The notes beneath the pieces are model-generated. The model saw only the letters and a list, made by a program, of their open reading frames with translations. It had not been told where the DNA came from and searched no databases. This document shows, one piece after another, positions 27,130 through 41,589 of a stretch of DNA of 64,000 nucleotides. Position 1 is the first letter of the stretch. Each line of letters starts with the position of its first letter. The position numbers were made by a program, and so were the translations under genes. The DNA is from Chrysomallon squamiferum (Eukaryota > Animalia > Mollusca): contig CM022677.1 in NCBI GenBank assembly GCA_012295275.1, positions 18,662,001-18,726,000 on the forward strand. Direction: 5' to 3'.

Positions 27130-27580
27130 CATACATACATACATATATATACATGACTCTATGTCATTAGGTGTGCCCAAGGAAATAAATATATTAATTG
27201 TTAACTTTATTAAGTGGTTATAATAAAATGTTCACTCTGTAATTGCCTTCAGCTCTTTCTTTAGAAAAATAATTAAATAATAAACAGATTATACATAACA
27301 AGAAAATTAAAATAAAATAATGAAAAGAGCATAAATGAAAAGAGCATATTTATATAAATAAATAAATTCGTTTTCAGATATTTTTTCAACTACTGAAATA
27401 AAACTGATACTGGAATTGTTATAAAATCGTATAGATAATTGTTATTTGTTTAAATAAAACTGGATAAGACATGTCTTAAGAATACACGTACAACACACAA
27501 AAAACGTTTATTTATTTATTTAGTATTTGGCACAGTGTTGTCATTATAAATTTAAGTTCATCGTCATTATTATTATTATT

Positions 27581-27611
<31 letters not shown>

Positions 27612-28078
27612 CTGCTGTTGTTGCTATTGTTGTTGTCTTTTTATTAGTTAATTATATATAAATGGAGTCTGTCAAAACTGAAAGGACCTCTGCTGAATCA
27701 TCCTTTTTGATACTTGTTGTTTATACTACTACTACTACCAGGACGACAACGAAAACAACAACAACAACTACTACAACACCAAAAACTAAACTAAATTAAA
27801 AAAATTGACTCAGTATCTGAAATTGAAATAATTGCCAAAAAATCAGAATCACAGGGTGTAAACAGTGACGTAGAAAGTGACTTTGCAATGACAGTTTAGG
27901 ATTACAGTACAAAGAAGAATGTATTGCAGATAATTAAAAATCACAGGTTCTGTATAAACAAGTATAAACATATTTAAGCGACAATGATTATCAGATTGAG
28001 TTGAAGTCATTTGGCTAAGTTACAAGTTTGAAATATTAAATGTCGATCGCATGAAGATTGGTATGACTGTCATTGATA

Positions 28079-28246
28079 ACTGGCAAAACGCCATCTCTCA
28101 CCCTGTTCACAGATCTTATAGCTGACAAAACGCCATGTCTCACCCTATTCACAGATCTTATAGCTGACAAAACGCCATGTCTCACCCTATTCACAGATCT
28201 GATAGCTGGCAAAACGCCATATCTCACCCTATTCACAGATCATATA
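28079..28246. repeat. 42-bp x4 tandem repeat in the 5' flank of TNF copy 4
   Basis: Units start at 28079, 28121, 28163 and 28205; the homologous site in copies 1, 2 and 5 has a single unit. Confidence 0.9.
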
Positions 28247-28364
28247 GGACGGTGTTTCAAGTTTAATCATTTCGCAAAACGTCTTAAAAGAAACATCAAA
28301 CAAACATTTCTCAGTTCGCAGTTTGTATCTGAGCGATATACAAGTTTTCTGAGATAGAAAAGAA

Positions 28365-29237
28365 ATGGATCATAACAACGAAAGTTTGATCCAAAACAAA
28401 GAAATGAAACAGAGAGAAAGGTGTAATCCAGATAGCAGTGACGAGCCACTCATCAAACCAAATGGAGAAGAAAATTTATACAAAGATAAAGACGGAGAAA
28501 AAGAGAAAAATAAATTCTGGACACAGGTCATTGTACTTTTTCTTTTCATCGACATCTTTCTGGTGATCGTTATATCTCTAACTTTCACTACACCACGGGT
28601 GCAGTCACAACGTCAAACCGTTGTGCAATGGGACGACGACGTCTGCTTTCCGTGCAAAGATGTTTACCTCACCGACGATGACAAAACTGACAACATCTAC
28701 GACTTCGACGTTCGAGAAGATGGAAACATTTGCTGTGCTGGTCGTGAGCGAAACCTGATCGACATCGTAACAAAGGTTTTTATTATTATTATTATTGTTA
28801 TTATTATTATTATCATCATTATTATTAGTAGTAGTAGTAGTAGTGGTCGTAGTTTTTTATTTATTATTACTACGTATGTATGTATTTATGTATGCATATA
28901 TGTAAGTATGTATGTATGTATTCTGTAATATATCAACCAAATTTGTTGATTCTTGTCTACAATTCTATTTATTTGCAGTTTGTAGAAACACAGTACCAGC
29001 AAGACAGAGCCAAAAGTGAGTGGTAAATCATTCTTAATCTACAATAATATTCTTAATAAATTTACAACTAAAAACTGTCATTTGTGACACACACACACAG
29101 ACACATATACACATACAAACACATACACACATACACATTCACACATACACAAACATACATTCAGATACACACATAAATTCCGCGAAAATTTGAAAAATCA
29201 AAAAACTGATCTCTTCTTCTCTGTGTCTATCTGCCCC

Positions 29238-29272
<35 letters not shown>

Positions 29273-30640
29273 TTCTCTGTCTGATTGTGTCACTCATTAA
29301 TACGAGAATAAACACACACACCGACACAGATACACACAAACACACACACACAAAACATATATATACCTACAATATATAACAAAAAAACCCACCAGAAAAC
29401 ACACAGGTATGTTTTAAACTACATATTCAGGCTTCGACAGTAAGGCACGTCTGAACGACATTGTCTAGTAAACGACTGGTTCGGTCTAATCACAACTGTT
29501 TCTAACTAGCCCGACTGGTCGTGTTAATAATGTATGAACTGTGAATTAATTTGCTATCAGTGATCCTATAAACATTAATATATTCTATTTTTATTCATCA
29601 GAGCGGAAATCCCAGGTTCTATAATTAGACGTGTTGTGCACAGTGGGCAGTGAATAACTAAGCAATCCCGACTTCGTGCTAACCGCTGAGTAATATTGAA
29701 ATTTTTGTAGAGGCGGGATTCGTTACAACTCGGTCGATTCCGTACCTCGTTACACATTCGGAACATTTCGTATATTTCTTTGAAATATCAGCGTAGCGGA
29801 ATGTGACGAGGTGTTCCGACTGACCGGAATCGACCGAGAGATGCTCAATATAGAGTGTGCGTGTGCATAATTAAAAACATTAATGTCGAAATATATATAT
29901 ATATATATTTTTTTTTTTTTAGATTCTGAATCACGTTTTGATGGGGAGAGTGACCGCTCAGCATATCTACGCGAAATTGACTGGGTGAGGTCAGGTGAGG
30001 TCAAAGTTCATCAAAGGTTAAACAGTAATGAATTATTAAAGTATTAAATATCATTTTTAAATAACAGATCTGTTCATTATTTACCTTACTAGCTATTTAT
30101 TATAAAATAATAATAATAATAATAATTTATGAGTATCTTTATTAGATTGCCTACATTTAATGTGGATATGTAGGTGTATATGAGAGAGAGAGAAAGAGAG
30201 TGCTAAACAATTACGATTATTATTGTTATTGTTATAATAATTATTATTATTGTGATTATGATTATTATTATTATTATTATGCAGAAGGACAAAATATACT
30301 GCACTGGAAACAAGACTCTGCGTTCATTGGGAAGAAGATGATGTACAAAGATGGCCGCATTCAAGTAAAAACGCCTGGCACGTGTTTTATTTACGCTCAT
30401 CTTGTTTTCGTGAACGACCAAACACAAGACGACGTCACTTCTGCTCATTCCATCTGGCTTAGAAATGGCGGCAAACACGAAGAGAAATTACTCGAACTTT
30501 TCCAGTGGGTTACTCCCACTTACCAAGGCGCGCTGTTTGAACTGAAAGCAGACGACAGTATTGAACTGCGCGTGCAGAACACTAAACATCTTGAAAAGGA
30601 CAACAATGAACACAACTTCGGAATTTATTGCTTTCAGTAA
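28365..30640 (+). CDS. TNF superfamily ligand copy 4 (4 exons, 291 aa) with in-frame 33-nt deletion in the THD
   Basis: Exons 28365-28775, 28979-29015, 29923-29994 and 30285-30640; 876 nt open. FQSQCVVTSSATAGFTP is replaced by FQWVTP. Confidence 0.8.
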
Positions 30641-30892
30641 TTTTCTATAACTAACAAGTAGAGATGTCGTGATTTACTAAAAGAAAATGATTAAACATGA
30701 AACACAAACTTACAAATCACAGACATAACTTTTACTTACAGAACTTTGATCAGAATCAGTTTTGTGGACTTAATGTTATTATTATTACTACTACTACCTC
30801 TACTAGTACTACTAATATTAGAAAAATTATTATAGTAATTATTTTATTTCTTGCATATTTTGTTCTACAATAATAATAAAAGTAGTATAGTT

Positions 30893-30932
<40 letters not shown>

Positions 30933-30988
30933 TAATAATAAAAATAATAATGCTGTTACTACTGATGATAATGATGATCCTGACAAAG

Positions 30989-31360
30989 AATCTCTCTTTA
31001 ATTTGTAGCACTTAAGTATTATATAAGCTGTTTGTGTGCAGACAATGAATTTTCTCTTTAATATGTAACAATCAAGTATTATATAAGCTGTTTGTGTGCA
31101 GACAATGAATTTTCTCTTTAATATGTAACAATCAAGTATTATATAAGCTGTTTGTGTGCAGACAATGAATCTTCTTTTTAATTTGTAACAATCAAGTATT
31201 ATATAAGCTGTTTGTGTGCAGACAATGAATCTTCTTTTTAATTTGTAACATTTAAGAATTGTATCAGATTTGTGTTACCGAGATAAAGAATCTTCTGTTT
31301 AATATGTAACAATTATATATTATATAAGCTGTTTGTGTGCAGACAATGAATTTTCTGTTT
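30989..31360. repeat. 60-bp minisatellite, ~6 copies, 3' of copy 4
   Basis: ATATAAGCTGTTTGTGTGCAGACAATGAAT recurs at 60-bp period (31021, 31081, 31141, 31201, then degenerate); only ~1 unit at the homologous site of copy 1 (~11581-11660). Confidence 0.9.
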
Positions 31361-32419
31361 CATGTATATATGTATTAAAAAAGTTTATGATTTAATTATT
31401 ATTAATATCGTATATATGCATAGAGGATTTTTACAGAGACTTCTATACAGTGTATTTTGTTCTAGTTAACCTGTGGTAGAAATGATTACAAACAGGTTAT
31501 TATTAAACACGATACTCTCGTATACAATCTGTGAATCTTATCAGATATGGCGTTTTGCCCATTAATTTTCAGTAACAATCGATATCCAGCTCTCGTGATT
31601 TACTCAGCAACGGGCACATGCGCAGTAGCTTTTTCATTTCATTCAAACTACGAACTGTTATTATATGCGAGTTTAGCAGTTGAAAGAATTATATGTCTAT
31701 ATGTATTTTAAAAGTTTATGGTTTAATTATTACTAATGTCTTATATATGCATACAGGATTTATATAGAGATTTTATATAATGTTATTAGTTCTAGTTAAC
31801 TGTGGTAGAAATGATTACAAACAGATTAGCAGGGTAGTAATGTTAGTATGGCAGGTGTCCAAGAATCAGAAATAGATAAACACGAGATCACATCTATTAA
31901 TCTGGTGTTAGCTACAGGTTCATGTTTTTCTACACAAGAGAACAGAACGAATGCTGAAGTTAATTGTTTTTGTTAAATATTATTTTAACACACTAGGATG
32001 GAGAGGAACTCATATCAATTAGGAATGAATGGACTTTAATAGTTGATATTAACATCTAAATGCATGTAATTGACTTATCTTCAGTTCTCTTTCTAAAGAA
32101 CCGTATATTAATACACGTATTACGTTTTTGACTTTTTTCTTAAAGTAACCATCAGTTGTTTTATTTTGTATTGGTTTGATATTTTTGTTTTGCTACTGTA
32201 GAATTTTTATTATGATTTGTTTTATGAATCTTGTCAGTTTGTCCTCCTTGGAGATGCCTAAGTTACTATGTTGTAAATGTCAACATTGATGTATCAGCAA
32301 TTTACTAATATTATTAAAACCCTTTAATTTGAAACCTCGTCTTGTTTCTTTATTCCTTAGACACGTGATTTTATGTAGTGAGTAACTAGTGGGTTACGTA
32401 CGTCTATTGTATATATGTG

Positions 32420-32497
<78 letters not shown>

Positions 32498-32519
32498 GAC
32501 AGAGAGAGAGACAGAGACA

Positions 32520-32616
<97 letters not shown>

Positions 32617-32810
32617 GCAACTTGCCAGGTTCTATATTTCCTAACAAAGAGATGACAATCAGGCTGTGTTGCTGTGTAATCCGGGTTTCAGTTCTATGAG
32701 ACAAACATTCAAACACGTGATCTAATATACCCGCTTGATCAGAACTTTGACTATTTCGTGATGGAGAAAAAAGTCAGGTGTCAATTTCAAACCACGGACT
32801 TATTTAGTAA

Positions 32811-33086
32811 ACTGATATTTATATATATATCAGTTAAATAAAACAGCCAGGTCTGATATTTACATATATCAGTTAAATAAAACAGCCAGGTCTGATCTTT
32901 ATATATATCAGTTAAATAAAACAGCCAGGTCTGATATTTATATACATCAGTTAAATAAAACAGCCAGGTCTGATATTTATATATATCAGTTAAATAAAAC
33001 AGCCAGGTCTGATATTTACATATATCAGTTAAATAAAACAGCCAGGTCTGATATTTATATATATCAGTTAAATAAAACAGCCAGGT
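32811..33086. repeat. 39-bp minisatellite x7 with internal palindrome CTGATAT...ATATCAG
   Basis: CAGCCAGGT recurs at 32844, 32883, 32922, 32961, 33000, 33039 and 33078. Confidence 0.92.
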
Positions 33087-33140
33087 CGGGTTTTGCTTAT
33101 TTAACGGGTGGGGTATGGCATTAATATATTTACTTATCTG

Positions 33141-33188
<48 letters not shown>

Positions 33189-33565
33189 AACTACTACTAC
33201 TACTACTACTAACACTGCAATTACTACGACTGCTAATGCTACTTTTGCTGCTACAGCTTTACTCCACTACTAATATCATTGTCTTGTATATGAAATTCTT
33301 TATAAACCATATTTTCTTTCTTTTATACTGACATTATCATTTGTTTAATTTATTTTTATTTAGTCAGCTCGCGTATAATTAACGCAGTAATTTGTTTTCT
33401 CAGGAGTGCAGTTTTATATTTACTACCTACAGATTCAACCTTAGCTCTTTCTAAGAAATAAATAAATAAGTAAATCAACAAATACGTTTTCCAATATTAT
33501 AGAAATAAATGACCACTGATTAATCAGTAAATTAAATACTGATGATAGTAGTAGTAGCTGTTTTA

Positions 33566-33634
<69 letters not shown>

Positions 33635-34789
33635 ATAGTAGTAGTAGTAGTAGTAGTGGTAGTATCATATTAAGTTCGTTAAGTAATTAATTAATTATGA
33701 CACTTTACATTTTGTAAGTCTTCTGTTTCATTTGAAAACTTTAACCTTATGTGACGTCATTCCATGCAATCATTAAAAAGTAAAAAAGTTTAAAATTTGC
33801 ACTGTTATTTTAATAACTGATCTGATATATTATCACGACATTTTACCATTATAATGCTTTCAGTGTTACAATTAGATTTCTAACGAGGTGTCTATCTGTC
33901 TCATTATCCTTCTATATTTATGAAACTCAAACAAAAAATTAAATCACGATTAATTGTCTACAAATCTCAGTACCGGCCCTGTTACTCTCCTCTGTGATTA
34001 TTGTTGATCACTTCCCTTTCTCAAACTAGCTTCAACATGCACAATAAAGAAAAGAAGAAACATGATCTCTAACACCTGGACTTAAAACTCGAGTGTAAGA
34101 TTTCCAGGGAGATATCCAGTTTCACATCTAGTCACGTTTTTCAAAACATCGGGTATTTCTAAAGCCTAACGTAAATTCAGTTTAGAATAATAATCATACT
34201 GCTTTTTATTTGTTTACTCTCGTGTAGTTTTATTCACAAATGTTTTACATTACTTAACATAAACTTCGATTTACCAAAAAATTCAACATAAGTATATATT
34301 TATTTCTGTACTGAAGTGTATCATTTGTGAAAGCTTGAGTGAATGTGCTGTTTCATTTCACTTCGTTTCTCAAGTGAGTATGTAAATTTAAGAATATTAC
34401 ATTTACGATCTTCGTCCGTAAGGAATAATTTCGGATTTACAAGACTTAAACTAAATGATAACGTCAACAAGGGATCTTGCCTTTCCTTTATTGTGTTCGT
34501 TCGTTTCCGTAACGATGACGTCAATAATGCTATGACGTGATATTGTTCTGTTTATATGTATGGATGTTTTAATTTTCATGAAACCTTTCTTTTTGATCTG
34601 ATTTATGTCATTAATGTACATAAAATAATGTAATTTATTTATTTATTTATTTACTGATATTAATACACTTTAAATGATAATTATAATTGAGTATATGAAA
34701 CATTCTATTGATATATATAAAAGTTAAAAATGAATTCAGTCCAACACACGGCTCCATCACGACACTGTAGTTTGAGTTCTTCCTGAACT

Positions 34790-35509
34790 GAACAAACTTG
34801 ATGCCTACGACCAGTCCGTCCGATGAATTTGTCTTCAAACTAGTCTGTTACAGGCTGAAGTTCCTCAGTTAGTTCGTCTTGCAGAAGCTCAAACAACTCA
34901 GTAACATCAGCGAGTGGGACACGTGTTAAAGCTGGTGACACACGTGTTAAAGCTGGTGACACACGTGTTAAAGCTGGTAGCACATGTGTTAAAGCTGGTA
35001 ACATGCGCGCTGACAGAGAAAAGACTAGAACTGTTGTGTACTGCTCTTGTAACTCAGAGGCTTGCACACGACTGAGCGACGTCAGAGAGGCAGACCTGCA
35101 GTTCAGTGTCTGGAAATGTGGCACTCGCGGTGTTTTCATTGTAGCATCTCGTAACCAAATTTCATGTGCAGTGTTTATATTAGTTGTATATTTGTAAAAC
35201 TCTATATTTCCCAACCGTACAATAAAACTGGCTGTCTTAGTGTGTTAAATAAATCAAGTATACAGTAGATAGAGATTATTCTATCGACTTTTAGCTATCA
35301 GGCTACATGTAGATTTCGTTGCTTTGTTATACAGTTATTTTACGTTGAAACTGAATAAGCAGGTGTTACAGAAAACAAATGTGTTACTTAATCTGAACTC
35401 CGTGACACACAGACATAATCAGCATGAGTCAAAATGTTGTAGAGGGGAATCACCAGTGGGAAATACCCGGAGGGAAATATCCGATGGGGGGGGGAAATGC
35501 CCTGACACC
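34790..35509 (-). mobile_element. Mutator-like (MULE) DNA transposon relic
   Basis: The minus strand reads RVQASELQEQY..FSLSARMLPAL[21-bp x4]VPLADVTELFELLQDELTEELQPVTD*FEDKFIGR, resembling the MULE transposase region after the catalytic core (R.L.ALAF.P..DV...F......L..YFE..YIG). A G/C-run terminus GGTGTCAGGGCATTTCCCCC ends at ~35509. Confidence 0.6.
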
Positions 35510-35529
35510 GTATTTTATATCATAAACAA

Positions 35530-35930
35530 ATAACTGGGTGACTTTTATCAGGAAAACTTTATATGAATTGGGACTGGGATACACAGATTAATGAAAATAT
35601 TGAAAAATATTTATACATAATTAAGCAAACGATACATGACTTAGCAAGGCAGAACCTTTCAATTCAGTTAAATACATCTGTGAAATGTAACAAGTTATGT
35701 AAATACATTACAGATGGTGTAACATTTCAGTTTCATTTAGTTAAATCTGTACCAATGATTTATAAAAGACACTTGATATAAGTGAGGCTATCTGTACATC
35801 AGCTGGCAAATACATGAATACTGAGAGAGCAGAACAAGAATGTAGATTATGTAACAGTGGTGAGATGAGACTGAACATAAGAAATCACTGTGTAATTTGG
35901 GAAAATATTTGATTAAAGCATTTCAATGTC
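35530..35930 (+). mobile_element. LINE 3'-end fragment (C-terminal region of RT ORF)
   Basis: WDTQ...IKQTIHDLARQ...SVKCNKLCKYITD...YKRHLI*VRLSVHQL; direct paralog of the copies containing RLSxHxLxxETGRY. Confidence 0.65.
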
Positions 35931-36859
35931 GTAAAGATATAACTTACGTGCTATATTATTTATATTCTCCAAATAATTTTTTCTTTTTATCATATTGTCA
36001 CTATTTATACTTCTTGCATTTTTATTGAAATTGTATATCAATAGGCTGTAAAGATTATGATAAGAAAGAATTGAATTGAAAAACTAAACTCTACAATGAA
36101 CAGTTGTAAACAAAGCATGAAACCCATTTGACTGCCTGCCTGAATTGCTCTCATTTTCTCACTAGGTCTCGTGTCACGAGGTCAACGGCGTACTGTCACA
36201 TCGTCTACGACGTCAGGTCAAAAGTCTAGTTTCACATGTTGACTGTAAGATATAAATTACAGAAAAGACTAAGTCTATTGTTATTAAAAATAACTGGCAA
36301 AGTCCGAATCACTGGGTGTATATACTGACTTTCACAATGACTTTGCAATTATTAGAAAAACCAACCAAAAATAGAAAAACAACAACCAACGTATAAATGC
36401 ACTTATATCTTCAACATTTCATTTTTTAAATTTTTATTTCTCTCTTTGTTCTTTTCACACGCATCAGGGTTTTTTATTTTTTATTTTTATTTTTTTTAAT
36501 TTTTTTTTTTACCAAGGATATGAGTATATTAACTGTTATATTTATAAACTGGTTATCATAAAATGTTCACTATGAAATTGCCTTCAGCTGTTTCTTTAGA
36601 CAGAATTAAATAAGGAAAACATTTAAAATAATAAAATGTAAAACAAGAAGATGTAAATAACATATTTAATTAATTAATTAAGTATGTAAGTACTTGAGTA
36701 CTAATGTTTCGGACAAATATATATATCTTTTAAAATCATTAAAATAAATGTATCATTAGGTACTTGCATTTGCAATATTTCTTTAACCATTGATCTGAAA
36801 TAACAATAATACTGAAATCGTTATAATGGTTATATTCTTCTTCATGAATATAGATTCAG

Positions 36860-36897
<38 letters not shown>

Positions 36898-37799
36898 ATA
36901 TATATATATATATAAACCAGTCTGATTAGAGATCAGGCGGTATATTAAGGGTTTTCATTTAGCTAATATTTGATAAACAGAGTTACTTCCCTTGGCTGGA
37001 AAATCGGCGTGGGGAATCGAAATTTTATTGAGATTTGTTACATTTCTTTAAATAAAACTGGATTATAAATGTTAAGAAAATACGAATAACTCTTATAAAA
37101 AGTATTTAGCGTAGAGTTGTCATTATATAGCTAAAATCATTGTCATTATTATTATTATTATTAGTAGTAGTAGTAGTAGTAGTAGTAGTATTGTTGTTAT
37201 TGCTGTTGTTGTTGTTGTTGTTGTTGTGTTTTTTATTAATTAATTATATATAAACTTATATAAATTGAGCCTGTCAAAAATGAAAACATATCAGGTGAAT
37301 CCTTATTTTCATTATTGTCGCTGTTTTTACTACTACTACAACAACGTCTACGACGACGACAACAACATCAGGACTCGCAAATGAAAAAAAAAAAAAAAAA
37401 CAGTTCGAAGAATTGCGTGATCAATAAAGAATTCGTTCGAGTGTACAAATTTAGAGTGACTTATCTTGTCTCGGTATTTTTTTTTCATTTGATATACACA
37501 CTGTAACAGTGACAATGATATAAACAATAGTTAAGAAGGCGATGACTAAATCTTGTCAGTTTTGATAGATTAACAAACAAAAGACAAGTTATAAAGATAA
37601 GAATAAACTCTGACATGTATTTACGAGTCTCTGTCAACCAATGTCTTGAAGAGATTAACATTTACGTCGACTGAAACAAGATATCGCAGGATATGACAGA
37701 GATATCTTGAAAAATCTTGTATCGATAGAACGTAGATAACCTTGCAAGGCAAAAAAAGTATTCTCATATAAATGTCACGGAAAGAGAGAAAGAGAGAGC

Positions 37800-37921
<122 letters not shown>

Positions 37922-39227
37922 CATACATACATACATATACATGACTGTATCTCATTAGGTGTGCCCAGTGAAATAAATATATTAAGTGTTAACTTTATTA
38001 AGTGGTTATAATAAAATGTTCACGCTGTAATTGTCTTCAGCTGTTTCTTTAGAAAAATAATTAAATAATAATAGATTATAAATAACAAGAAAATTAAAAT
38101 AAAATAATGATAAGAGCATAAATAAAAATATAAATAAATAAATTCGTTTTTAGATTTTTTTTCAACTATTGAAATAAAAATGATTCTGAAATTGTTATAA
38201 AATCGTATAGATAATTGTTGTTTGCTTAAGAATACACGTACAACACACAAAAAGTTTATTTATTTGTTTAGTATTTGTTTAGTATTAGAGTTGTCATTAT
38301 ACATTTAAGTTCATCGCCATTATTATTATTATTATTATTATTATTGTTGCTGTCGTTGTTGTCGTTATTGCTGCTGCTGTTGTTGCTATTGTTGTTCTTT
38401 TTATTAGTTAATTATATATAAATATATAAAACTGAAAGGACCTCTGCTGAATCATCCTTTTTGATACTTATTGTTTATACTACTACTACTACCACGACGA
38501 CGACGAAAACAACAGCAACAACAACTACTACAACCCAAAAACTAAACTAAAGAAAAAACACAAGTAATCGATGAATGAATGAACTAATGAGTTCAACATT
38601 TCATTTCATTTTTTCTTATTCTTCTTTTCTCTTTTGTACTTTTATTGACATTGCATTTCAATAAGCTGTAAAGCTAACAATCGTAAAGAACTGAAATGAA
38701 ACACTGATCACTACAACGACCACTGTCTGACTCATGAACCCATTTGACTGACTACCTGAATCCAAAATAATTGGCAAACAATCAGAACCACAGGGTGTAT
38801 ATAGTGACGTAGACAGTGGCTTTGCAATGACTCTGTAGGATTACAGTACAAAGAAGAATGTATTACACATAACTAGATTGTATTACAGGTTGTGTACAAA
38901 CAGTTCCTACGTCACAGGTCGGAGTTTATATCTAAGCGACAATGATTATCAGATCGCGTTTAAGGCAGATTGAGTTTAAGTTATTTGGCCAAATGACAAG
39001 TTTGAAATATTAACTGTAAACATTAAGACAGTATGAATAGCACTATTCTTGTCACCTACAACTGGCAAAACGCCATGTCTCACCCTATTCACAGATCATA
39101 TAGGACGGTGTTTCAAGTTTAATCATCTCATTAGTCGCAGAACGTCTTAAAAGAAACATCAAACAAACATTTCTCAGTTCGCAGTTTGTGTCTGAGCCAT
39201 ATACAAGTTTTCTGAGATAAAAAAGAA

Positions 39228-39605
39228 ATGGATCATAACAACAAAAGTTTGATACGAAACAAAAAAGTGAAACAGAGAAAAAGTCGTTATCCAGGTAGCA
39301 GTGACGAGCCACCCATCAAACCAAATGGAGAAGAAAATTTAGACACAGAAAAAGAGAAAAACAAATTCTGGACAGCGGTCATTGTCGTTTTTGTTTTCAT
39401 CAACATCTTTCTGGTGATCTTTATATCTCTTTATATTTCACCACGGGTGCAGTGTGACGACAACGTCTGCTTTCCATGCAAAGATGTTTATCTCACTGAC
39501 CATGACAAAACTGACAACATCTACGACTTCGAGGTTCGAGAAGATGGAAATATCTGCTGTGCTGGTCGTGAGCGAAACCTGATCGACATCGTAAGAAAGG
39601 TTTTT

Positions 39606-39638
<33 letters not shown>

Positions 39639-39646
39639 GTTATTAC

Positions 39647-39700
<54 letters not shown>

Positions 39701-40095
39701 TGTTATACATTGCAAAAGATGATGTCAGATATAAAAGATACTTTTTGAACCCATGTCTCATTCACACGCACACAAAACAATAGCTAATCACTGACATATA
39801 AAGAACGTGACTAGATACTAAACTGGATACCTCACAGGAGATCTATAAACACGTGTTTTAAAAGCGGGTTTAGGAGATCATGTTTCTTCTTTTCTTTATT
39901 GTGCACGTTCAAGTTAGTTGGAGCAAGGGACTGATTCAGAATAGTCACAGAGGTGGGGGGGAACAGGGCCGGTACTGAGGATTCAGTGTTTTTAGTATCA
40001 TGAAGAAAACGATATTTGTTTTGTTTATTTGTTGTTGTTAATTTTATTCATTTATCTGTGACGTCATCATTCTAAAATAGTTTACAATGCAAATG

Positions 40096-40133
<38 letters not shown>

Positions 40134-40944
40134 TCACACGCACACAGACACACGCGCGCTCTCTCAAAAACACACACACTCTCACACACACACACAAACA
40201 CAAATACACACATTCAAGTACGTTTTGATATGCCAGATCCTTCATTATTATTTATTTATTTATTTATTTATTATGTATGTATATATGTGTGTTGTTATAT
40301 CTCAAACAAAATATGTTGATTCTTTTCTACAATTCTATTTATTCGCAGTTTGTAGAAAGAGAGAAAGAGAGAGCCAAAAGTGAGTAGCAAATCATTCTTT
40401 GATATACAATAATATTCTTAATACATCAAAACTAAAAACTGACATTTGTGACAAGCACACACATACATACACACACATACATACATACACACACATGCGC
40501 ACACAAATAGACCTACACAAGCATACACACACGTTAACACACATACACACACACGTTAACACACATATACACACACATACACACGGACATATTAACACAC
40601 GTACACAGATACACAAATACCTTACCACATATATAAACACATGCACACACAAACACATCCACACACATAGATACACAGATACATACATACACACTTACAC
40701 ATACACATACGCCGACCTATACACAAATACAGGGTCACATGTCTGTGTCATTGTTTTTTAGATTCTCAATTTTTTCTTGATAAGGAAAGTGGCATCTCAG
40801 CACGTCTAATCCAAATTCAAGGGATGAGGTCAGGTGAGGTCAAAGTTCATCAAAGGTTAAACAGTAATGAATTATTAAATTATTAAATATCATTTTTAAA
40901 TAACAGATGTGTTCATTATTTACCATATTAGCTATTTATTATAA

Positions 40945-41005
<61 letters not shown>

Positions 41006-41139
41006 GTTATAATAATAATTTATCAGTCTCTTTATTAGATTGCCTAGCTTTAATGTGGATATGTAGGTGTATATGAGAGAGAGATAGAGAAAGAGAGTTT
41101 GCTAAACAATTATGATTATGATTATGATTATTATTATTA

Positions 41140-41204
<65 letters not shown>

Positions 41205-41563
41205 TTTACTCAGAACGACCATCTATACTCCATTGGAAACAAGACTCTGCTTTCACTGGGAAGAAGATGATCTACAAACATGGCCGCATTGAAGTTTTCG
41301 TGAACGACCAAACACAAGACGACGCCACTTCTGCTCATGCCACCTGGCTTAGAAATGGCGGGAAACAAGAAGAGAGATGACTCGAACTTTTCCAGTCTCA
41401 GTGTGTGGTGACGTCATCAGCGACAGCAGGGTTTACTCCCACTTACCAAGGCGCGTTGTTTGAACGGAAAGCAGACGACAGTATTGAACTGCGCGTGCAG
41501 AACTCTAAACATCTTGAAAAGGAGATCAACGAACACAACTTCGGAATTTATTGCTTTCAGTAA
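39228..41563 (+). pseudogene. TNF ligand copy 5, disabled
   Basis: Exons 39228-39599, 40349-40379, 40762-40833 and 41214-41563. Exon 4 lacks 39 nt (KTPGTCFIYAHLV, core strand) and has TTA>TGA at 41378-41380. Exons 1 and 2 carry in-frame deletions; intron 1 has a repeat insertion (~39705-40090). Confidence 0.85.
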
Positions 41564-41589
41564 TTTTCTATAACTAAGAAGTGGAGATA

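Noticed and set aside
41378-41380. TGA in copy 5 as selenocysteine or read-through
   Set aside because: It aligns to Leu (TTA) in all paralogs, and the exon also lacks a core beta-strand; a simple nonsense mutation is the better explanation.
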